From positions 1 through 64,000 of the forward strand of contig QPMI01000523.1 of assembly GCA_004431415.1 (NCBI GenBank): a stretch of 64,000 nt of DNA, in the 5' to 3' direction. Origin of the DNA: Cyanophora paradoxa CCMP329 (lineage: Eukaryota > Plantae > Glaucophyta). Made by a program: the position numbers and the translations under genes. Shown piece after piece: positions 35,170 to 46,129 of this stretch. Position 1 is the stretch's first letter; each line of letters begins with the position of its first letter. Under the pieces are notes generated by a model that saw only the letters and a program-made list of their open reading frames with translations, was not told the DNA's origin and made no database searches.

Positions 35170-36101
35170 ATGTCTTATACTACTAAGTCCTTTATCGAAA
35201 AAGCTGTCGAAGTGCATGGCTATAATTATGATTACTCTAAAGTTATCTATGAAGGGACCATGAAGAAGATTAATATTATATGCAACACCTGCAAGACTGA
35301 GTTTTGGCAAGCTGCTCATAGTCATATTAATCAGAAATGTGGTTGTCCCTCATGTGGGAATATTAAAAAGGGAATGTCAAATAGATTAACCACTGAACAG
35401 TTTGTCAAAAGAGCGACGGAAAAGCATGGAGATCTTTATGACTATTCAGAATCTGTTTATATTAAGGGAGAAGACCCTATTAAAATATTCTGTAAGAAAT
35501 GTCAAGAGTATTTCAATCAAAAGCCACACAAACACATGCATGGTGATGGCATGCAAAATGTAAAATGGATCGCATCAAAGATAAGTTGCAAATGGGGATT
35601 GAGAAATTCACAGAGAGAGCTTTGAAACTCTATGGAGATAACTACGATTTATCTAAAGTTGAGTATGTAAATGCAAGAACAAAAGTTACCATTATCTGTA
35701 AAAAGTGTGATCTTGAATTCAAAAAGACACCAAGTGATTTTCTCAATGGGTATGGCTGTCTGTCATGTAGATCGTCTATTGGTGAGACGAAAGTTCAAGC
35801 AGCCCTAAAAGAAATTGGTTTAGACTTCTCAATATCCCACAGATTTCCTGATTGCAAGCATAAAAGAGTTCTCCCATTCGATATTTATATTCCATCTCTC
35901 AAAATTGCAATTGAATATGATGGTATACAACATTTCAAACCTGTGGAACAGTTTGGAGGTCAGAAGGCCTTTGAAGATACCCAAATTCGTGATGGAATTA
36001 AAAATCGGTACTGTGAAGCTAATAATATCAAACTCCTAAGAATCCCATACACCGAAACTGATATTGAGGGTTGCATTAAACGATTCCTATCTAACCTGTA
36101 A
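35170..36101 (+). CDS. Zinc-ribbon repeat protein with C-terminal Vsr/PD-(D/E)xK-like endonuclease (frameshift ~35550)
   Basis: Three F..A...(H/Y)G..YD.S.V.Y...CxxC repeats, then SIGE...LPFDIYIP...IEYDGIQHF...D.IKN.YC..NNIKLLRIPY. Confidence 0.8.
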
Positions 36102-36157
36102 ACCATATTCAGTCACCTTGCATTATTTTTATCTGTTTCTTTATAGAAAGATACACA

Positions 36158-36951
36158 ATGCCAATACCAAGTTCTGATCTGGATGAATTTGTGGCTGGTG
36201 AAATGATAGAACCCCTTTCAGACTACTCATACTCGGAAAAAGTGGATGCGGAAAAACAGAAGCTGTAAAATATTATTTGAAACAGCTGCATGATGCCAAA
36301 AAGATTGATACAACACTTATTATATCCGCTACCTCATTTTCACATTTTTGGGACAAAGCTGCTACTGTTCAACTGGGTGCATGGGATCCCCAATACATGT
36401 CGAAAATTATAAAAGAAAGAGAGGCAAAAAGGGAGAAAGGAGAAGAACTTAACCATATGCTGGTGATTTTAGAGGATATGATAGAAAATGACCAGCTGGA
36501 TCTCAGTCGAGATAAAACAGTGGGAATGCTTTATGTTCGTGGCAGACATGTCAATATATCAATTATAACTATTTCCCAAAAATTAAGAAAGGTCGCAAGT
36601 GTTATTCGCTGCAATAGTGATATAGTAATTATGGTTTGTGCAAGCAATCAAAAAGAGCTGGAAGCATTTGCAGAGGAGTTTTTGACTTTTCCTCGCAAAG
36701 AAGATTTCTATCAACTGTTTGAAGAGTATGTCCACTCATATCAATTCCTTGTTTATACATCTTTCAAGTATAATGTGGGCTACTATGTTGATAAAGCCGA
36801 TTTAGTTGGAGATTTCGATTTTCCTCGCTTCCACAGAAAGCCAAAAAAGAAAGAAGATGAACTGAAACCTCCAGAGAAAGAGGAAGCCCCTAAAGAAGTG
36901 AAAAGCCAAGTCCATAGCAATAAATTGATGCGATATAAACGCGGTTTATAA
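36158..36951 (+). CDS. A32/FtsK-family genome packaging ATPase
   Basis: Walker A LILGKSGCGKT (~36226-36258, upstream of and in frame with ORF 36277), Walker B LVILEDM, RGRHVNISIITISQ and IRCN. ATG 36158 joins via a frameshift in a C run. Confidence 0.88.
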
Positions 36952-36979
36952 AATTATCTCTCATTCTAATAAAGATACA

Positions 36980-37714
36980 ATGCCTCCCAAACGAAAGATA
37001 GGGATCCCAGCTGGGGCTGTTGGCTATTCAGGTGGTGGAAACAATGGATCCATTAATACTGAACCAATGAAATTCAATGGTATGAATGAGGTGAAGCCCT
37101 CACAGCAAGAAGAGGACCCTCTTAATGCTGCCTATGAGGAATCAGTCGATGATAAAGCCCCACAGGCTTCAACCAGTGACCAACTCAACATCTCACCAGA
37201 AGCCTCAAAAATGAAAGCTGTTGCTGAGGGTGCCAGGCGAATTATTGGGGCTGCTGATGACAAAGGTTTAGGCTTGCAAGATCTTTCACTGGCTCGCAAA
37301 GGTGAGGGTCTTAGTAAGGAATCAGACAAGGTAATTCAGTCTATGGCTGGTGAAGTCACATACAAGACTGCTCCCACTCAAAATATTCATCGAATTCCCA
37401 AGGCTCAATGGGATGAGATGACTGCTAAACTCAAAGATCTGGAAGCCAAATCAAGTGCCTTGGAGCAGTATGTTACTGAGAAGAAAGAGAGATCCAAGCT
37501 AAAGGAGATGCTTCGAAAGGAAGTTTATAAAATGGGCATTACTGGTGTCCCAGATAAACAGTTTATTGCTAAGAAAGAGAACCAAATTGATGAGCAGGCA
37601 GTAGATGAAATGAAAACAAAGACCCAGAAGGGAACTATTGAACCTGGTGCCACCAAAGCTGAAGTCGAAAAGGGAGTAGCCCCAACAGTATATAAAAGAC
37701 GAGTTTGGCTTTAA
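36980..37714 (+). CDS. Hypothetical viral protein (charged, coiled coil)
   Basis: 244-aa ATG ORF. Confidence 0.6.
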   Translation: MPPKRKIGIPAGAVGYSGGGNNGSINTEPMKFNGMNEVKPSQQEEDPLNAAYEESVDDKAPQASTSDQLNISPEASKMKAVAEGARRIIGAADDKGLGLQDLSLARKGEGLSKESDKVIQSMAGEVTYKTAPTQNIHRIPKAQWDEMTAKLKDLEAKSSALEQYVTEKKERSKLKEMLRKEVYKMGITGVPDKQFIAKKENQIDEQAVDEMKTKTQKGTIEPGATKAEVEKGVAPTVYKRRVWL

Positions 37715-37736
37715 TTTTCTCTGTTTTATTAGAGAC

Positions 37737-37991
37737 ATGGATATAATACGAAAGTTTATTGAGATGCTCAGTCTGCATGTGGTGAGCAATTGCCACAGTG
37801 GATGCTGTGACACAACAATAGAGTTTGAGATGTCAGATACTGAGGATAATGTATCTGAGGCAAGAGAGAGAAGGAGATCAACAGTTTCAGTGGAGTCAAT
37901 GCCAGCAGACCCACAGAGTATACATATGAGCAACAGGAGTATCCAAGGAGAAGTTCTCTGCCAGCAGAAAACGTTTTCTCTGGGAATATAA
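37737..37991 (+). CDS. Hypothetical viral protein
   Basis: 84-aa ORF, tightly packed with neighbours. Confidence 0.45.
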   Translation: MDIIRKFIEMLSLHVVSNCHSGCCDTTIEFEMSDTEDNVSEARERRRSTVSVESMPADPQSIHMSNRSIQGEVLCQQKTFSLGI

Positions 37992-38333
37992 ATGGAGGAC
38001 ACTATTAGTTTAATCGAGTTTACCAGTGATGAACCTGTTACTGAGGGTTCTATTAGACACATTCTAGCAATGCAGAAACGATATAGAGAGGACCCAGCAT
38101 ATAGAGAGTATAAAAAGCAGCAAGCCCTGGCATCCTATTATCGCAGAAAAGCCCAAAAAGAGGAGCAGAGACCAAGAGGGAGACCGATTAAATATTATTT
38201 GCCTACTGAAAGTAGCAATGGACCCCAGGTCTATAAGATAATTGAGAAAAAGCGGTCTCAGTATGCCACTGAGGCAGCTATAAAAATATATACAAAGGAA
38301 TTGGCTTTATACTTGCAATCAAGTCACAGATAA
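37992..38333 (+). CDS. Hypothetical basic protein with AT-hook-like RPRGRP
   Basis: 113-aa ORF. Confidence 0.55.
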   Translation: MEDTISLIEFTSDEPVTEGSIRHILAMQKRYREDPAYREYKKQQALASYYRRKAQKEEQRPRGRPIKYYLPTESSNGPQVYKIIEKKRSQYATEAAIKIYTKELALYLQSSHR

Positions 38334-38545
38334 GTTTTGTAAATATGCTTTTGTTGTTTTTTGTTTGCATTCTCAGACACTGAAACAGTAATGTGAATGT
38401 TTACTGATCTATTTCTCTTTGGTTTAGCTGCATACATATTGTAACCTATCAATCTCTGTGACATTTCGATATATGCCCCTATATCTCCATGCTTTATGCA
38501 TTTATCTAACTCAGTCATGGTCATCTCATCAAGAGTCTTTGCCAT
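38324..38545 (-). CDS. Hypothetical viral protein
   Basis: MAKTLDEM... within ORF 38324-38593, preceded by the shared upstream motif. Confidence 0.45.
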   Translation of the reverse strand: MAKTLDEMTMTELDKCIKHGDIGAYIEMSQRLIGYNMYAAKPKRNRSVNIHITVSVSENANKKQQKHIYKTYL

Positions 38546-38613
38546 TTTGTCTTCACTATACACAATCAAGTAAGCCTTAAGTATTCTTGTCAAATTTTGG
38601 TCATTTTCGATAG

Positions 38614-38715
38614 GTGTGACAGGTGTGACAGGTGTGACAGGTCTATCCCATCGATTTTGAAAATCAACTTTTCACCAGGGCTTTCCTTGGGATGGACCTG
38701 TCACACCTGTCACAC
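38614..38715. repeat. Internal third copy of the TIR iteron hairpin, with inverted spacer
   Basis: (gtgtgacag)x3-gtctatccc...gggatggac-(ctgtcacac)x2-aaaccattttcagtaagg. Confidence 0.85.
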
Positions 38716-38774
38716 AAACCATTTTCAGTAAGGCTATAAAAATATATGTAAATCTCAATCATTAATCGTTTTCT

Positions 38775-41100
38775 TTAATATTCGGCATCATCTTCATTGT
38801 CTTCCTGAACCCTTGTTATCTTTCGAATCCCAATATATCCTCTGGCAAGAATACCATTAACTCGTTTTCTTTCTGATTTAACATTGAAGATCTCCCTTAC
38901 TCTTTTCATAACAGATACACATTCAACTTTATCATCAACACTTTTGTATGATTTGTAAATGATATCACTGGAAACAAAGTCGTTAGCATTATGTGTAACC
39001 TCGAAATTATCTCGAAGCCATTCACCAATCTTATCATTTTCAGCTATAAAGTTAATTCCCTGTTCAATAATCGATTGAGGGGACTTCTTAAGATCTCTTC
39101 AACCTCTTTGTTCTTCCACATATCCAGTAATATCTTCATGTGAGCCATCTTATACTCATCATCATTGTGTAGAAGTGTGAACAGAGTTGGGTCAGCTTTC
39201 TTTTGACCAGCTTCTGGCTTCTCTCTGAATATATTATTGAATCTCTGATAGGAAAGTCTTCTTTGAATTGCAAAGTCTGGTTTATTTATAGTCAAATTGT
39301 CATTAGTTGTAATGTAGACCTGAAACATTGGGGTAAGGATAACTGGGTCTTTGAACAAGGCTCTCACAGTCATTTCATTTCCACCTGTGACCTCCTTAAT
39401 CTTGGAGATCTGCAGTTTATCACCATCTTCAGCCTCATTACTGAATACAAGTCGCTTTCCAAGGAGTTTGGCAAGTTCAGGAGTAGCCTCTGATGAGTTC
39501 TTTTTAGGCTTAGTCCAATAGGATATTTCGAGAGGGCTGTAATAGCGACCAGATATCTGTTTGCAGTATTCCTGAACAAGTGATTTACCATTAGCACCAG
39601 CACCAGTCCACATATAGAACTTCTGGGATTTAGTTGATCCACTAAGGGCAATTGCAATGGATGCCAGAAGATACTTTCGCTCTGCTGGATCATCCACAAT
39701 CTCTTTATAAATCTGATTGAGATGCTCTATTTTCTTGGGGTCTACATTTTCAGTATAGTCATAACCCACAGTCTTGCTCACCATATCTTCCAGTTTACCC
39801 TTTCTGAAAGTCATAGTGGTCAGATCAAATACACCATTTTCGAATCCAATCACATATGGAACTGTGTCAATCTTCTCAAAGAATTCATCATCATTCAGCA
39901 GTGGGACCAAGTCAGTCAGAAGGGATTTGCGAAATCCTGATTGTTTAAGATTTTTGGCAATGGTCATCAATGTTTTGGATCTTTCTTCGAAAGCTGCTTT
40001 GTTTTCCTCATCCTTTAAAGCTCTTTGACTATAATGCACAGCCCTTCCAAGGTATTGGGGACAACAAGACGGCTTATATCTAGGTAAATCTTTAGGTTTG
40101 TGTCATCATGCTCCCAAATCCCAGTATCAGTATTGAGTTTGAACCATGACTTTTTGGAGTATCTCCATGTATGTTTAAGAACCTCTTTGCATACTAAACT
40201 CACATCATAATGAGCGCCACCAGAACCAGCGGATTTATCTATAAGATTGAAGATATCAGATTGCATTCCAATGCAGATGAATCGTTTTTTGCAATTTCCA
40301 CTGTAGCTTGACACAATGTATTTGTTATCATCTCCTTTAGCTTTCATAACATACCAGTTATTCGATTCATGTGAACCATTGCAGCATGGGCAATTGAGTC
40401 CCTTGTTAGCAGCATCAAAGTTAAAGCCAAGTTCAGTTTTAGAGATTATATTGGGATGCATAAATCCCATATCCACCAGCTCTTTGATAATATTGTTTTC
40501 CAGTTCATCATGTGAGGTAGCATTAGCAGTATACTCACTCTTATAGATGTAGTTATCTATTATCCACTTTTTGAAGTCATCAGTAGGCTCATTGAAATCA
40601 CAGGTATCATCCCATGGGGAGATTACCCAAGCCTTGTTCACACTGGGACACACATTGATCAGTCCAGAAGTTCCAGTTCCAGTGATTGTTTTCAGGTCAA
40701 CCTTCTCAAAGCCTTTAAAGCCAGGAGCCTTATCGGTAATTTTGAGTTTATTGAACTCCTCAGGTCGTTTAAAGTAGACATGATAGCCTTTTTTAGTTTT
40801 TGCCATGGGCTGATTGGCATCAAAGTCATCAGGAAACATATCCCGGAATTTCTCAAAGTCCTCCTCATCATCAAAGTCAATAACCATCATGTTGTCTGAG
40901 AGCAGAATGCCCCAAGATACATACTGATTAGTTGCCAGCGCTTCCTCATACTTTTCCCAGGACCATGCACCTCCCTTATGCTTGAAAACAGGGTCTTTGC
41001 TGTCAGGTTTCACTGGGATAATCATGTTTTTGGACAGTTCCTCATCAGATCTGAGCCAGTTAGCGAGCGATTTGAGCGATTTAGTCTGTTTGGCGTTCAT
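38775..41100 (-). CDS. PrimPol (bifunctional primase-polymerase), zinc finger and D5-like SF3 helicase (two frameshifts)
   Basis: WGILL...VIDFD...TKKGYHVYF...PS (Prim-Pol), CPCC..SH, IGFENGVFDL (D5 N), TGAGANGKS, LVFSNE and ITTN; reading frame continues to TAA at 38775. Confidence 0.88.
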
Positions 41101-41120
41101 TTTCAGCGATCGGGGTCCCT

Positions 41121-41180
41121 TTTATATATATAGAAGATTTTTCTTTAAGTAGTTTTGGGTCCCCCAATCATTTTTTGTTG
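41121..41180 (-). promoter_or_regulatory. Conserved viral upstream motif (AAAAWWTGA..ACTTAAAG..TATATATA)
   Basis: Near-identical block at 42444-42493; variants at 41585-41620 and 38555-38599. Confidence 0.55.
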
Positions 41181-41312
41181 GAAATCGAGAAAGTATCCCT
41201 ACGAAATTTATCCACATGATATATCGAGTGGTTTAGATACAAAAAGGATGAATGGGTATTTCAGCGAATAAACAGCATATCCCCAGCCTAGTAATATGCT
41301 GGGAAAAATAAT

Positions 41313-41567
41313 TTAGACATGTTTCAATTTTCTCCCTCTATTTGAGTAAGGGACATCATACAAATACTTGACAAAGCAGACTGCATTGGCTGCATACTTT
41401 CGCTGACATGAACTTGCTATTTTCATTGCTCTATAGGTATCATCGGTTTGATATAGATCTCTAAGCTGTGTGGCTATTTTTTCGTTAAACTTTTTGATTT
41501 GAGCCTTACCTTTTTCAGTTTGCTGGTATCTCTTCATAGCTCTCTTCTGGGCTTCACTGAGTGGCAT
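41313..41567 (-). CDS. Small basic hypothetical protein
   Basis: MPLSEAQKRAMKRYQQ...; preceded by the shared upstream motif. Confidence 0.6.
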   Translation of the reverse strand: MPLSEAQKRAMKRYQQTEKGKAQIKKFNEKIATQLRDLYQTDDTYRAMKIASSCQRKYAANAVCFVKYLYDVPYSNRGRKLKHV

Positions 41568-41623
41568 TTTTCCTCTGTCTCTCTTAATATATATAGAGAA
41601 TTCTTTAAATCATTTTTTGTTCT

Positions 41624-42439
41624 CTAACCTCTTTGTCCAAATCGCTCAATATACATAAGTTTGAAATGCTTACCTAGCAATGCTACAAATGGTTCGATTT
41701 CCAAGGTCTCCCATGTTTTCTTGTCCTTATTCCATCTGCAATCTAATCCTTTTGCGATATCTTTTTTAAGATAAGGCACCTGAAACCCAGCAACCAATGT
41801 ATTTGTTGTACTGAGTTCTGCATACATTTCAATCAATGCAGATCTGCCCTCTCTGAACCTCTCTATATCATCTCTGCGAAGATTATCCATTTTCGGAATA
41901 AATTGGTTGCACCAAATCAGGAAAAGATTAACTGCATGTTTATTCCTTGCTCTTTCTTGTTCTAATTCTCTCTCTCTTCGCTCTCTTTCTTCTAATTCAA
42001 GCTGCCTCTTTCGAGCTTCCTCTTGTTTTTCAAGTTCTCTTTTTCTTTCCAGTTCTTCTTGCTTTAAAGCGATTCTGCACTTATTACAGAAATTATCCTT
42101 TCGGTTTTTATGCCGATCTCCACATCTTTCACATATATCTTGACCTCTGGCACCCTTCGGAATAAATCGTAAAATGCAGCAATTCCCAACAATGACCACA
42201 ATCTTTTTATTAACATGCAGAATATAGCATTGCTCTTTAATTGGATGATCACAGGCGCAATGCTCAGACTCTGGAGGCAGGTCATAGTCACTTAATCCAT
42301 ATTTTGCAAGCTTTGCCCAAAGAGGGAGCGGTTTCCTGTTACTTCCAAGAGCAACATAATCATTGAAGTTATCAGATCCACAAAGCAACATTAAAGCCGC
42401 TTTGAGCTTTTCCAGGCAATACGATTTCTTCTCTGCCAT
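41624..42439 (-). CDS. Zinc-finger, coiled-coil and DUF5710-like protein
   Basis: CACDHPI...VGNCCI, CERC...CNKC, and C-terminal VPYLKKDIAKGLDCRWNKDKKTW. Confidence 0.6.
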   Translation of the reverse strand: MAEKKSYCLEKLKAALMLLCGSDNFNDYVALGSNRKPLPLWAKLAKYGLSDYDLPPESEHCACDHPIKEQCYILHVNKKIVVIVGNCCILRFIPKGARGQDICERCGDRHKNRKDNFCNKCRIALKQEELERKRELEKQEEARKRQLELEERERRERELEQERARNKHAVNLFLIWCNQFIPKMDNLRRDDIERFREGRSALIEMYAELSTTNTLVAGFQVPYLKKDIAKGLDCRWNKDKKTWETLEIEPFVALLGKHFKLMYIERFGQRG

Positions 42440-42548
42440 TGTCCTTTTATATATATAGAAGATATTTCTTTAAGTAGTTTTCATCAAATTTTGTGTTCAG
42501 AATTCCCCATTTAAAACCTCCCCTTTTAGTAGGAACAAGTTAGGAACT

Positions 42549-45500
42549 ATGCCCCGAATTAGCAACAGACTCATTAGAGAGAAGAAATGGGAACTTATGG
42601 GATTACTGGGAACACTGTATGCAGCCCATGAAATCACAGAGGCTGAATATGACCGGGAAATCGGATTTATTTCAAGGGGCAGACCCACTTTAGCAAAATT
42701 AACCAGAAAAGCCAATAACCTCTATGACAAAGTTGAGACTCTTGATGAACTCGATCGCCTGAGGCAAATAGAACCAGAGGCAGAAGATGGAACAGCCATG
42801 AATGAATTATATCGCTGGCTCACATACAGAGCCAGAAGGGAAGTTGTGGTAGATGTGATTGAATATTTAGATAGAATTGCAACCTCTCTACCAAAACGTT
42901 TAAGAGATAGTCTGGATCAATTCAGGGCAATCAAAGTTCGCTTGTCGTTTATCTGCAAGTTCGTAAAAGTCAGCAATCCACAGGTTTGGATATCGAAATA
43001 CATTTACAGCGATTATTTTGTATTAACCAAATCGAGAAATATTCGAACTGAGCTGAATAAAGCAGCCCAAATGTGTCAGGAACAGATGAATGTTGTTGAT
43101 AGCTATCGATTGGAGAGAATCGAAATGCTAAGAGTTGCTATTATGAGTTATGCCCCAACTGGTGGCTGCTATGTTAAAACACCAGAATCAATTGCAGCCA
43201 AGAGAGCCACAGTGAATATTCGAAATATTGATGATTCTTGCTTTGAAAATGCCATTTTGGCATGGATCCATAGGAAAGATGTAAATTCCCACAAGAGAAG
43301 TGAGCTTACACAATATCGCAAATGGAAATACTCACCAACCACATACAATCCTTTGGCTCTCAATTTCGACAATATCCCATTCCCTGTTCCTTGTGATGCT
43401 GAAATCATTGATAAATTCGAATCTCAAAATGCAGGCATCAGCATAAACATATTTGGAATGGATGGAGATGTAATATATCCCCTACATCAATCCAGCAACC
43501 CAGGCAGAAAGCAAAAGATTAATCTAATGCTCATTCATGATGATGAAGGGAATGGTCACTATATTACTATCATGTCCCTTTCAAGACTTCTCAGAGTTGC
43601 CCTTGATAAAACCAAGGATCAAAAGTTACACTACTGTGATACATGCTTATCTCGATTCAGGTCTGAGGCTAAACTCACTGCTCATGTGGACTCAAACAGA
43701 TGCATTGATTGGAGACTCTCAAAGGGAATCACCCCTAAGCCTGACACCACAATAGAGTTTGGACTGAAAAACCTCAGGAAAACTGTCTGGCTTCCTGTTG
43801 TGGTTTACTGCAAGATTGAACATAGAAGCATCCCCATTGATGCATCGAAATCCAAGAGGGAAGTCTCAGCAGTCAACATTAGAATAGTCACTGGGGCAGA
43901 TGTTCAGGAGTTTCGATTTGAGGGTCAGGATCCAATGGGAGGTCTGTTTGAATGCTTGGAGTCCAAAGCAAGAGAGCTAATCGATTTCCTGTTCACCAAT
44001 ATTCCCATGAATGAACTCACAGATGAGCAAAAGGCTATTTACAGAGCTACCAAACACTGTTACCTTTGCAGTGAGAGGTTCACCAAGGAAAACTTCAAAT
44101 GCAGGGATCATGATCACCACACAGGTAATTACATTGCACCTGCATGCAGAAACTGCAATCTCCATAGGAGAATCTCAAAGCAAACAAAAGTAGCAGTGGT
44201 TGTTGACCAAATGGATGACTGTGGGACATTCATTTTCAGAAAAATAGCAGGCATGGGTGATAAAAAGCGAATCGAAATCCTTTCGAAAAACTTTGATCAA
44301 TACCTTTCATTGCAATGGGGTCTTTACAAGTTCATTGATGCAAGTAATTTTATGGACTTTGGGGCTGCTGATGTAGATGAGTTAATGAGCAAATTCCAGG
44401 CTTTCAGAAGGCTTTCACACTCAGTATATGGATTGGACCCAGTTCATTATGTATCTGCACCTGGGTTATCTTGGGATGCTATGCTTAGGACCACCAAGGC
44501 AAAAATAGAGCTTATAAGTGATGTAGAGCAATACGAATTTGTTGAGAGGGGAATCAGGGTGGCTTTGCAACAATGCCTTGTAGGTATGCTGAGGCTGATG
44601 GTGAGAACTCCCATATAATGCTGTTTGATGCTAACAACTTGTATGGCTACTGTTTGAGTCAGCCAATCCCAGTTGGTGATTTTAGATGGGAGACCGAATT
44701 CAACCCACAAGATAACAGATCCAGTTTCCTGGAAGTTGATCTGGATTACCCAATTAGGCTATATCTAGACCACAGTGATTTCCCCTAATTATTAACAAGA
44801 AAATAGTAGAATATGCAGAATTATCACAATATCAAAAGAGCCTATTAGATCTCTCAGGAGAAGAGCTTGATAAGACCCCTAAGCTAACTGCAACCTTTGG
44901 TTCTGTGACCAACTATGTGATTTCTGAGCCTCTTCTACAGTATCTGTTGGACAAAGGGGTGAAACTAAAGAAGGTTCACAGGGTCCTATCATTTACTGTG
45001 GCTCCTGTAATGAAACCCTACATTGAGCTGAATACTGAGATGAGAAGGAAAGCAGTGAATAAATTCGAGGCTGATTTCTATAAACTCATGAATAACTCAA
45101 TCTATGGGAAATGCATTGAATCTTGCAGAGGTAGATCTGTGGTTAAGATTGCAAACAGTGAGAAACTGTTTACGAAATATGCAGCCTCCCCATTGGTGAA
45201 ATCAACAAGTCCCATAAACGAAAAAGCAGTTGCCTTTGAGTTTTACACAAAGCATGTGAAGCTAGATAAGCCAGTTGCTATTGGGGCTTATGTTCTGGAT
45301 GCAGCCAAACTGCATAACTACAAGTTCTTCTATGATACTGTAAGGTCCCAATGGACAAAAGCAAAGTTACTATTCCATGATACTGACTCCTTCTGTCTAT
45401 ATATTGAATCTAAGACCCTCCAAGAGGACCTGGGAAATATCTCTTATGCATTGGACCTAGGGGGGTCTAACAGAATGACCCCAGGTAAATACAAAAATGA

Positions 45501-45642
45501 GATGCCTGGCTCTGCTATATTGGAGTATGTGGGTCTGAGAGCTAAAGTTTACAGTTTCAGAACTGCTGAGATTGAGAGGAGTAAGCTCTCTGGGACTTCA
45601 ACTGAGGAACTTATCACCAACTTATCAAATCGATGCGCTTAA
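42549..45642 (+). CDS. Protein-primed family B DNA polymerase (Polinton type) with embedded endonuclease VII-like domain; frameshifted
   Basis: CRDHDHHTGNYIAPACRNCN, YGLDPVHYVSAPGLSWDAML, DANNLYG, FYKLMNNSIYGK, HDTDS, GKYKNE and GLRAKVYS across ORFs 42549, 44573 and 44905. Confidence 0.92.
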
Positions 45643-46129
45643 AACGTCATAAAATCGAGCATTTCAAGGCGGTCACAGCGCTTATGAGCCATATCGGAAT
45701 TTCACTAACTGTAACTCCAAATCGCGATGAAACCGATTTTGAATTTCGATTTTAAATTCGATTAAAATCCATTAAACGTGAGTTTTTAATATAGATCACT
45801 AGGAAGTTATCAAATCGATGCATTGACGGTCGAATATAATCCCATATATCATACATAACAATAACTTGCAATCACATATACGAATCTCAATGTGTATAGA
45901 TCGCTATTACGATTAAAGCGAGTTTTGAAATTCAAAATTAATTCGATTAAATTCGATTATAACTCAAAAATCGCGATTTATAACCATATACTTATCGTTT
46001 CGATCAACTTATGATATCGAATATTCAACTATATTATATTGCTTCGATAATTGTGATCCCATCTATGATCCCATCAATCTAACACTGCATTTAGTAAGCA
46101 TCTGCCCTAGATTCCCCCTATTACCCTAT

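Noticed and set aside
24113-45642. Calling the frameshifted viral genes (and the retrotransposon genes) pseudogenes
   Set aside because: The breaks I traced are single-base losses in homopolymers (e.g. IRGG at ~44557, YPP at ~28800, ATPase at ~36212) while the terminal repeats are near-identical. Sequencing error is more likely; this needs read polishing.
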